Source: a virus. Taken from it: a stretch of DNA of 11,466 nt. Position 1 is the first letter of the stretch. Every line of letters begins with the position of its first letter. Location: UHGV virus genome UHGV-0306748; one strand, given 5' to 3'. The notes beneath the pieces are model-generated. The model was not told where the DNA came from. It ran no database searches and saw nothing but the letters and a program-made list of their open reading frames with translations. Shown piece after piece: positions 5,073-11,466 of this stretch. The translations under genes were made by a program, and so were the position numbers.

Positions 5073-7514
5073 TCAATCATCACTCTGCCCGCTCTCCACA
5101 CCGTAAGCGCGTGGCATGAACTCCTCAGCCTTCTCGTTATAGCCAACGTTGGTTTGCGCTCTGCCGTTAATGCTTCTCGTCAGGTAGCTGGCTCGGTACT
5201 CTTTTGCTGCTGATTTTATGGCGCGTGAAAACTTATTGACGGAAAGCGGTTTACCCAAACCGTGATACTCCATAAACGCCAGATAAAGATGATAAAGATA
5301 CGTCCTCGGCTCTGGCTGGCCTGCCCATGTACCTCCGCCCATCATCATGCCTTTGGGTTCGTTCATGAAAAAAAGCGCCGCACACATATCGACAACCGGA
5401 TCCGTGCCGCGTTTAACCTCTAGCGCCTCCTGCGAATCGCGCTGCTCTAGTAATAGTGCCTTTGCTTTGTTCTGGTCGGCAAAGGTGGTTAGCAGGTGGC
5501 GGATAATCACCGGGATTTCTCGCCTGATTTTTGCGGTTAAATCCGGGTCTTTGTCTGCGTCTGATACCGGGTTATTAAACGGGAATATCACGCGGCGGCG
5601 GGCAATGCCCCCGTTTCGCTCCGTGAATGTCATCGGCTCGTTATTGGTTGCCATAACAACGGCATTTATCACGGTTGTGAACTGCTTTTCATATTTCCCA
5701 TCAATCTCTACCGGATCGCCGCCCGTAATGGCTTTAATCCCCGCACCCTCTCCAACATAGCGGGTCTGGTCAGGCATAATAATCAGGCTTTTTCCTACGA
5801 ACTGCGCCCGTCCCCGTGCGGTGTCCAGCGTCATCATGCTACCGCTGGCGGTGTTGTGTTCACCTGCCAGCGTGGTTGCTATGCTGCTGAATACGGATTT
5901 CCCACTGCCGCCCTCGCCAGTTATCTCAATGAATAGCTGCCAGTCGTGACGCTTCGCCAGCACCATAAACAAGGCTGCTTTGATACGCTCGGCCTTATGA
6001 TGGTCGCCAGCCGTTGCATGATTCAGCCAACGGGTAAAATTGGGGGCGCTGGTGGTAATATTTTCCCCCGGCGCTGGCGGGGTGTAGGTGATCCCATTGT
6101 GGTTCATCAGCCAGTTACCCGGCGAATGGGCGGAAAACGTCTGCGTAGCGAGGTCATAAACGCCGTTATCAAAACCAATCAAATCCCCGCTCCGCTCACC
6201 AATTACCGGTATTTGCAGCTTCATGGTTGCGACAACCGATTTAATCCCCTTTTCGGTGTAGTGGGCTTCGTGCTCGTCGAAAATTGCCACCATAACCCTT
6301 TCTAATTCGCTGTCTGGTAGCTTCACCCATACGCCAGATTCGTAGCAGTAAACAGTGCCACTATCAGGGTTAACCGCCAACATATCCCATCGAGATGAAA
6401 GCAACCGCGCTTTCTGGCTGGCTGCCATTTGTGCAATATCTCCGACATCGGCTTTACGGCGGGATTTACCGCCCTCAATGGCTTGCAATCGCGGTTTCAC
6501 GGCTTCCCCTTGAATCTGGTACATCGAATCGTTAAACGCAGCCGTAGCGACTTCCAGCCCGTTTTGCTGGCGGTAGTCGTCCCAGTCGGCTTTGTAGTCT
6601 GTCGGCGGCAGCGCCACCCAGCCAGCCACGGATAAGGCGGCTTTCTCTGCGGCATCTTTGCCCGTGTTCGCCTGGTCGTCCTGCTGGTGGTCGTTATCTG
6701 CGGCAATGATAATCTGCGTGGCTGGATATATCCGGCGCATCACTTCGGCAACGGGTAGCAGGTTGCCCGCGTCAATTGCTGCCACTGCCAGCGCGTCCGG
6801 GCGCATCAGGTGAACTGAAAGGGCCGTCGCCAGCCCCTCGGCAATTAAAACGCTCTGCGGCGATTCTGGCGCGTTTACGGCGTGATATGCCCCGCGCTTT
6901 GCTGAACCTGTCAGGAGTCGTTTATCTCCCTGCGGCGTGATGGTCTGCGCCGCCACTACTGCGCCGGATTCATCCACCAGCTCCAGCAATAACGAACCAT
7001 CCGGCATAACCGGATAGTTAAACCCGGTCAGCCCTTTTGATTGCAGGTAATCAGATTCGCCCTGTGTGGCACTCTGGCGCATTCCGGCATACAGATGGGC
7101 AAACGTAGCCCTTCGCTGCTCTGCGTCCTCTGCTGCCTGTTTCTGGCGCTCCTGCTCACGCTGCTGGCGGTCAGCTTCCAGTTGCTCTCTTCTATGGCTC
7201 GCTGCCGCCGGGTCGGTTTGCGCTGCCCGGTAATCAATACCCAGCACGTCAGCGGCAAGCTGTGCCGCCTCCGTGGTGTCGCAGTTGTTAACCCGCTTGA
7301 TTAAATCCAGCCCGTCACCAGCGCCACACTGGTTGCAGATAAAGCTACCGCGCCCGTTGTCGTCGAATCTGAAACGGTCTTTTCCACCACATGCAGGGCA
7401 TGGAGAATGGCGGCGCGATGAATCAGGCACGTCGATAGACAATCCAGCCAGCACATAAGGCCAGCGCCCTGCTGCGGCGCTGGTCACTTCGCGGATAAGG
7501 TCGATATTACGCAT
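5073..7514 (-). CDS. P4 alpha-like primase-helicase, about 813 aa from ATG at 7514
   Basis: N-terminal zinc-binding motif CPACGGKDRFRFDD...CNQCGAGDG, a Toprim-like acidic segment IIIAADNDHQQDD, and a C-terminal Walker A GEGGSGKS (nt about 5895-5918). AGGAGG SD 5 nt before the ATG at 7514, which overlaps the upstream stop. The track's 7547 start is likely over-extended. Confidence 0.85.
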   Translation of the reverse strand: MRNIDLIREVTSAAAGRWPYVLAGLSIDVPDSSRRHSPCPACGGKDRFRFDDNGRGSFICNQCGAGDGLDLIKRVNNCDTTEAAQLAADVLGIDYRAAQTDPAAASHRREQLEADRQQREQERQKQAAEDAEQRRATFAHLYAGMRQSATQGESDYLQSKGLTGFNYPVMPDGSLLLELVDESGAVVAAQTITPQGDKRLLTGSAKRGAYHAVNAPESPQSVLIAEGLATALSVHLMRPDALAVAAIDAGNLLPVAEVMRRIYPATQIIIAADNDHQQDDQANTGKDAAEKAALSVAGWVALPPTDYKADWDDYRQQNGLEVATAAFNDSMYQIQGEAVKPRLQAIEGGKSRRKADVGDIAQMAASQKARLLSSRWDMLAVNPDSGTVYCYESGVWVKLPDSELERVMVAIFDEHEAHYTEKGIKSVVATMKLQIPVIGERSGDLIGFDNGVYDLATQTFSAHSPGNWLMNHNGITYTPPAPGENITTSAPNFTRWLNHATAGDHHKAERIKAALFMVLAKRHDWQLFIEITGEGGSGKSVFSSIATTLAGEHNTASGSMMTLDTARGRAQFVGKSLIIMPDQTRYVGEGAGIKAITGGDPVEIDGKYEKQFTTVINAVVMATNNEPMTFTERNGGIARRRVIFPFNNPVSDADKDPDLTAKIRREIPVIIRHLLTTFADQNKAKALLLEQRDSQEALEVKRGTDPVVDMCAALFFMNEPKGMMMGGGTWAGQPEPRTYLYHLYLAFMEYHGLGKPLSVNKFSRAIKSAAKEYRASYLTRSINGRAQTNVGYNEKAEEFMPRAYGVESGQSDD

Positions 7515-7848
7515 GGTTGCCTCCTGCCACGGTCGCGCCCATATCATTAATCATGCTTTGCCATATCTCGCGCCCGACGTCAGTCAATCCGTCCTTAGTG
7601 ACGCAACGATCAAGAAGCTCGATCCCCACGGTTTCCCACTGCGGGTAGAACACTTTCATGGCTGCCAGTGTGTAGCTATCGATCAGGCTGCGAACGCCTT
7701 TTACTCCATTGACGATTTCCACACGGACGGCGAGGCCGTCCGCATCAACCATGAAATAGTCCCCGCCGCTGGTGGAGGTAATGTGGTTATACAGTGCCGA
7801 CGCATACTTATTCGCCAGCGCATTCAGTCGGAAATTTTTAGTAATCAT
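7507..7848 (-). CDS. Hypothetical protein, 113 aa, alpha-operon member
   Basis: ATG at 7848 preceded by a GAGGGGG SD; tightly packed with flanking genes. No family recognised. Confidence 0.55.
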   Translation of the reverse strand: MITKNFRLNALANKYASALYNHITSTSGGDYFMVDADGLAVRVEIVNGVKGVRSLIDSYTLAAMKVFYPQWETVGIELLDRCVTKDGLTDVGREIWQSMINDMGATVAGGNHA

Positions 7849-7857
7849 GTCGCCCCC

Positions 7858-8484
7858 TCAGTGCGCCAGCGGCATTTCAGGCCAGCCGTTTTCATCCAGT
7901 TCAGCTATAAAGCTGTTGTGAAGTTCAGCAAGCGTTTCACGCCCGAACGGGGTCAACTCGCCGCGCTCCGTATCCAGCATGGCCTGATAAAACACAATGG
8001 CTTTTTCCGTACCCTGCTCAACGCCGTAGCGCTCAATCAGTGCGCCCTCGATGTTGTTCGCCATCGCAAGACGTTCCGCGAACGGATAAACCGGAAGTGC
8101 CGCTTTGCCATTGGAGTAAATCGCTACCTGCGATGAAGTGCCGTCAGACTCAGTTACCGTGGTTGTGCCGTTTTCGCGCTTCATCTCAGAAATGAACGTC
8201 GCAGCAATCAGCCAGCGCCACATAGTGACGTTATGCTGCGCGGTGAAGTCGAACCAGCCACGCGCCCCGCCATCAGCAACGGCAAAATGAATGGCGTATC
8301 CGATATCTGGCTTATCGTCGTACTCTCCGGCGTCAAGGCCGTTCACGGCGCTCTCGTAGCTGATAAGAGCAACCTGCTCATATCCCCCGGCATCATTGCG
8401 GGTCATGATATTGACGCCGTGCGGTGTGGCTTCGGCGTGTAATAAGTCGGCATTTCCCGATTTAATGGTCGGTGCGTTGCTCAT
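7858..8484 (-). CDS. Hypothetical protein, 208 aa, alpha-operon member
   Basis: ATG at 8484 overlaps the upstream stop (ATGA). Acidic protein; no family recognised. Confidence 0.55.
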   Translation of the reverse strand: MSNAPTIKSGNADLLHAEATPHGVNIMTRNDAGGYEQVALISYESAVNGLDAGEYDDKPDIGYAIHFAVADGGARGWFDFTAQHNVTMWRWLIAATFISEMKRENGTTTVTESDGTSSQVAIYSNGKAALPVYPFAERLAMANNIEGALIERYGVEQGTEKAIVFYQAMLDTERGELTPFGRETLAELHNSFIAELDENGWPEMPLAH

Positions 8485-8744
8485 GCGCTGCCCTCCGCAT
8501 CAATTCTGGCTATATCGACAATCGTCAGGACTTTACTCAGCCAGCAATACGCGATGGCTGCTTGCTCAACTTCGAGGAGTGGTAATAAATCGGTCATAAC
8601 GTGAGCCAGCCCATTGCGGGCGCGGGTCATGCGTTCTGCTGTTCGGTCTGCCAGCGTAAAATCATCCGGGTATGATTCTTTGCGAGATAGCATCGCTTCG
8701 GCTTCCAGCTCTGCCGGGTGGCGGTAGATGGTTTTTATGTTCAT
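8481..8744 (-). CDS. Hypothetical protein, 87 aa
   Basis: ATG at 8744 overlaps the upstream stop (ATGA). No family recognised. Confidence 0.5.
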   Translation of the reverse strand: MNIKTIYRHPAELEAEAMLSRKESYPDDFTLADRTAERMTRARNGLAHVMTDLLPLLEVEQAAIAYCWLSKVLTIVDIARIDAEGSA

Positions 8745-8920
8745 GCTGCCACCTCACGAATGCGGGTAATCTGGATGTGGGAAAGGCGTTCATTTCTGGC
8801 CTGATTTAGCGCCTCAGCTTTGGCGCTGATCGCGCTGCGGGCATCAACGATATAAACGAACTCGACTAATTCGCCGCTCCGGGCGGTGGCGCATCCTGCA
8901 ACACGGAAGTAATTAAGCAT
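8741..8920 (-). CDS. Hypothetical small protein, about 59 aa from ATG at 8920
   Basis: The track ORF begins at a TTG (8950). The first ATG is at 8920, overlapping the stop of the 8913.. gene by 8 nt. No family recognised. Confidence 0.4.
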   Translation of the reverse strand: MLNYFRVAGCATARSGELVEFVYIVDARSAISAKAEALNQARNERLSHIQITRIREVAA

Positions 8921-9104
8921 GTGCGCCCCCTGTGCGAATACGTCCGGCAAAAAAGCAAACGTGATCCCGCGCCAGAATGCGGCGGGCTTCCTGCTCAGTC
9001 TCTGCGGCGATATGGTGAATTTTGGCGGTAATTGTCGGCATATCGCGGCGAACTGCTGCGATAATCCAGATAAATTGCGGTTTTTGGGTAGGGGTAGTAG
9101 CCAT
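8913..9104 (-). CDS. Icd-like (host cell division inhibitor-like) small protein, 63 aa, nested in-frame at the 3' end of the upstream ORF
   Basis: ATG at 9104 preceded by AGGAGG with an 8-nt spacer. MATTPTQKPQFIWIIAAVRRD...RRILARDHVCFFAGRIRTGG resembles Icd-like proteins of P4-like elements as I recall them. Confidence 0.5.
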   Translation of the reverse strand: MATTPTQKPQFIWIIAAVRRDMPTITAKIHHIAAETEQEARRILARDHVCFFAGRIRTGGAHA

Positions 9105-9701
9105 TATGGCAGCCTCCTGTAACTGGGATTTATTCCCACCACCGGAAACGCCAATTTCACTGGTGGTGAGCTGAACAGGGTTGGCGTAACCGGCGTTACA
9201 GGAAACCGGCGCGGATCGCTCCGCCCCCATCCAGCCCACCATTACTTTTTGAGCAATATGGGCTATAGCCATATCGCTGGGAAAGAGGTGTGCAGATGCG
9301 AGGACACAAAAAAAGACGCTCGGCGCGTCATGTGTCGCCTGTAACATTATCAGGACGCCAATCCCGGCACCAGATTTTGCTGGTGCGCTATAACCATAAA
9401 CCGGGTTGGCGATAGTCGGCAAGCCCTTTTTTATGGACTCCGAATACTCACCTTCTCGCGTAACGACCCCTAATAAATCTTCCAGCGCACGCGTATTTGT
9501 CGCGAAAGTCGATGTGGAACGGTTCACAACGGTAGCAATCCAGTTCATACCACCAGCCAGCAGGGGGAATTTATTCCCCACAATCAGCTTTTTAGAGGTG
9601 ATTATTTCTTGGTTTAAAATGTCATCATTTGTCGTCATTCCCCGTGCGTGGATGTCAGGTTTTGTGAGGTTCAGGCTAAGTTTTGCTAAGTCATTAACCA
9701 T
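8913..9701 (-). CDS. Ash-family-like protein; start uncertain; reads in-frame through the Icd-like segment
   Basis: The track ORF starts at a GTG (9872) inside the DUF4222-like gene. The first ATGs after that gene's stop are at 9701 and 9638. The segment KSGAGIGV...PVSCNAGYANPVQLTTSEIGVSGGGNKSQ resembles the P4 Ash family as I recall it. No stop separates it from the Icd-like region. Confidence 0.4.
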   Translation of the reverse strand: MVNDLAKLSLNLTKPDIHARGMTTNDDILNQEIITSKKLIVGNKFPLLAGGMNWIATVVNRSTSTFATNTRALEDLLGVVTREGEYSESIKKGLPTIANPVYGYSAPAKSGAGIGVLIMLQATHDAPSVFFCVLASAHLFPSDMAIAHIAQKVMVGWMGAERSAPVSCNAGYANPVQLTTSEIGVSGGGNKSQLQEAAIMATTPTQKPQFIWIIAAVRRDMPTITAKIHHIAAETEQEARRILARDHVCFFAGRIRTGGAHA

Positions 9702-9810
9702 AACAATTGATAACAGGCAGCCGTTCGCGACCTTTGGTTTTATAAGGTTGTAAGGGTTAACATTTGTTAACAGGCTAGCCAGATTAAAGGCTTCTTTCTG
9801 GGCGGCAGGT

Positions 9811-9993
9811 TCATTCAGTATCACGGCGCACCTCCACGAACTCATTAACGAATCTCTCCAAAGGCTGAACACATGGCGACTGATAGCCCTCGCGGTAAAA
9901 GGTCACTCGGTTATGCTCGACGCGCTGTACGGTCACTACAGCCCCGTGCGAATCCTTGTAACGGCTTCCCGGCATCGGATTATGGTTACGCAT
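9811..9993 (-). CDS. DUF4222-like small protein, 60 aa
   Basis: ATG at 9993 with a GGAGG SD at 6 nt; overlaps the upstream stop by 8 nt. The pattern ...VTFYREGYQSPCVQPLERFVNEFVEV resembles small proteins common in P4-like elements. Confidence 0.5.
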   Translation of the reverse strand: MRNHNPMPGSRYKDSHGAVVTVQRVEHNRVTFYREGYQSPCVQPLERFVNEFVEVRRDTE

Positions 9994-10819
9994 GGTTTAC
10001 CTCCAGACGTTTAGTGAGCCAGCGTTGCGACAGGCGGGTGAGTTCTCCTTTGCGCTGCTCATATTCCATGCCCATATCAATTAGCGTGATATTGGTGCTT
10101 TCCAGATAGGAGAGGTGTTCAAGCTGTGCTGCGTTCATATGGTCGCGAGGTTCGCCAGTAATGCCATTTGCCTGCGCCCACTGCTTCGCCGTCATGCCAC
10201 CCAGCACGATACGGGCGATCATGTTGCTCTCGTTGCTGTAGTGGCGCTGCTGCGTCGTTTTACCCAGCTCGGCACGGGCCATATTCAGCGCATCGCACAT
10301 TGGCTTAAAGTTGTTTGCGGCACTGATACGGGCTTTTAGCTGGCGACGATAGCGGGCGGCGATTTCAGGCACGCTACGCTGTAATTCTTCCTCGCACTGG
10401 ATGAAATAACGGCGGATAGCGCGGCCCTGTTCGGTGCGTTCGACCATCGCCAGTTCTTTCGCCATTCCGACACTTAACAGATAGTCTTTGCCGGGTCTGC
10501 CAGACTGCTTAATCTTGCTGTAAGCCGCGCCATTCGGGCTTTTCCCCAGATTTGGGGAAATAGTTTTATGGACTGAGTAATCGTGCCCAATGGTGAAGTC
10601 ATATTCAGAGATGCGATCAGTGATCCATGTAGAGAAGTCTTTTCCCACGCCCAACGCTTTGTGTAACGCTTTTGCGCTAACAATATTGGTTTCACGCCCA
10701 CCGATATGACCAGGAATAACCGGGACAATTGCGGCAAATTCATTACCGTTAATTGTGCCCTGATAGGCGTTCAGATGAGGGGCGGCCTCAGAAATTAATC
10801 TGCTTTTTTCGATGTTCAT
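9986..10819 (-). CDS. Phage antirepressor-like protein (AntA/KilAC-type), 277 aa
   Basis: The N-terminal region (AIVPVIPGHIGGRETNIVSAKALHKALGVGKDFSTWITDRI) and a central region (GMAKELAMVERTEQGRAIRRYFIQCEEEL) resemble Ant/KilAC antirepressor domains. GGAG SD 7 nt before the ATG at 10819. Confidence 0.55.
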   Translation of the reverse strand: MNIEKSRLISEAAPHLNAYQGTINGNEFAAIVPVIPGHIGGRETNIVSAKALHKALGVGKDFSTWITDRISEYDFTIGHDYSVHKTISPNLGKSPNGAAYSKIKQSGRPGKDYLLSVGMAKELAMVERTEQGRAIRRYFIQCEEELQRSVPEIAARYRRQLKARISAANNFKPMCDALNMARAELGKTTQQRHYSNESNMIARIVLGGMTAKQWAQANGITGEPRDHMNAAQLEHLSYLESTNITLIDMGMEYEQRKGELTRLSQRWLTKRLEVNHA

Positions 10820-10831
10820 TTTCAGTCTCCG

Positions 10832-11263
10832 TTAGGCGGCGGTGAGATTGTCCGGGTATAGATTGAGAATGTCGGCAATTTCAGGCTGAGAAAGTCCCTG
10901 ATAGCCGCCAGCGTCGGCGTTATGGTTCACAAGCCGAATAACTTTTAGAACGTCACCGCGCCCGGTAAAGCGATAGCGTAAATGTGACCCTATCCCGTCG
11001 GGGTTCTTTTCGTCTATACGCTCAAGCTGAATATCAAGCCTGCGCTCTAACTCGCTGGCGTAGTTCCTTCCAGACGAAAGGCGGCAATAACGCAGAATAT
11101 CGTTTTCTGTCCATCCCTCTATACCAGTACGCAGCATATAGACGCGGGCGCGGTGTTTCTTTGGGGTACGCCTAGGTACTTGTACCGGGCTGGTGGTCGG
11201 CGTAATATCAGACGTGCGAATATCTGAGTTAGCCGCCTGTAATGGGCGGTTTTTCTTTTTCAT
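10832..11263 (-). CDS. Hypothetical basic protein, about 143 aa from ATG at 11263
   Basis: The track ORF starts at a TTG (11266). The adjacent ATG at 11263 overlaps the AlpA stop (TGATG). No family recognised. Confidence 0.5.
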   Translation of the reverse strand: MKKKNRPLQAANSDIRTSDITPTTSPVQVPRRTPKKHRARVYMLRTGIEGWTENDILRYCRLSSGRNYASELERRLDIQLERIDEKNPDGIGSHLRYRFTGRGDVLKVIRLVNHNADAGGYQGLSQPEIADILNLYPDNLTAA

Positions 11264-11466
11264 CAAGCCACCTTTCCCCGACGTTCTGCCAGCCAGTTGT
11301 TAATCTCTACCGCATCAAAGGCGGTAATCTTCTCGCCCAGCTTTACCGGACGTGGTAGTGAACCGTTTCTTACTTTACGGTCGATGGTGGATACACTAAC
11401 GCCCAGCAATTCAGCCAGGCGAAAGCGGCGGATGTAACCTGTGTTGGGGATGTTGTCTGTAGCCAT
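11263..11466 (-). CDS. alpA: AlpA-family (Vis/excisionase-like) HTH regulator, 67 aa; start coincides with the window edge and may be truncated
   Basis: RFRLAELLGVSVSTIDRKVRNGSLPRPVKLGEKITAFDAVEINNWL fits the AlpA phage-regulator HTH pattern. It is the first gene of the minus-strand operon. Confidence 0.65.
   Translation of the reverse strand: MATDNIPNTGYIRRFRLAELLGVSVSTIDRKVRNGSLPRPVKLGEKITAFDAVEINNWLAERRGKVA

Larger units (their letters stand above)
1800..11466. mobile_element. Fragment of a P4-like / PICI-like integrative element (AlpA operon, alpha primase-helicase, iteron origin, cargo); boundaries not determined
   Basis: Gene content and order match P4-type satellites. No integrase, att site or tRNA is inside the window; the integrase is expected beyond the right edge. 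The left limit is arbitrary. Confidence 0.5.

Noticed and set aside
5347-7458. Plus-strand and alternative-frame ORFs inside the alpha gene (5347..5760, 5946..6305, 6429..6635, 6497..6706, 7028..7258, 7041..7304, 7273..7458)
   Set aside because: All are embedded in or antisense to a gene with clear primase and Walker A motifs. Their translations are Arg/Ser/Cys-rich and low in complexity, typical of spurious frames in GC-rich coding DNA.
7515-7547. N-terminal extensions implied by the ORF track (alpha from 7547, Ash-like from 9872, RHH from 4634, 10832-gene from 11266, 8741-gene from 8950)
   Set aside because: The extended starts are GTG or TTG codons, or lie upstream of a downstream ATG that has a strong SD and a stop-start overlap with the preceding gene. 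The shorter ATG-initiated versions fit the operon structure better.
7513-8136. 207-aa plus-strand ORF antisense to the 7507..8484 minus-strand genes
   Set aside because: It is antisense to two tightly coupled operon genes that have good SD sequences. It has no ribosome-binding context of its own and an Arg-rich composition.
8233-11175. Short plus-strand ORFs antisense to the AlpA-alpha operon (8233..8442, 8396..8599, 8919..9122, 9406..9753, 9873..10109, 10115..10339, 10984..11175), plus 10474..10743 (-) and 4342..4545 (+)
   Set aside because: All are embedded in, antisense to, or alternative frames of better-supported genes. None has a convincing start context or recognisable protein features.

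Overview
This window looks like the regulatory and replication module of a P4-like (or PICI-like) integrative element, followed by a cargo region and then two tandem dinD-family genes at the left end. Nearly all genes are on the minus strand. From the right edge, an AlpA-type HTH regulator heads a tightly packed, translationally coupled operon (hypothetical protein, Ant-like antirepressor, DUF4222-like, Ash-like/Icd-like, three hypotheticals) ending in a P4 alpha-type primase-helicase (5073..7514). Directly 3' of alpha is a phased cluster of GTAGGG/CCCTAC iterons (4810..5057), a likely origin. No sid/delta/psu capsid-hijack genes follow; instead there is a more AT-rich cargo block: a small RHH-like protein coupled to a standalone FtsH-like (M41) zinc-peptidase domain protein, a PerC-family regulator, a 61-aa protein, a pRiA4b-ORF3-family protein and a 119-aa plus-strand protein. 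The left end holds a complete dinD paralog (975..1799) and a second dinD copy running off the window (1..631) that carries a perfect LexA box. I found no tRNA, rRNA or CRISPR array. The strongest candidate for an undescribed system is the RHH + M41-peptidase pair. All family assignments are from motif recognition by eye and recall, not database searches.
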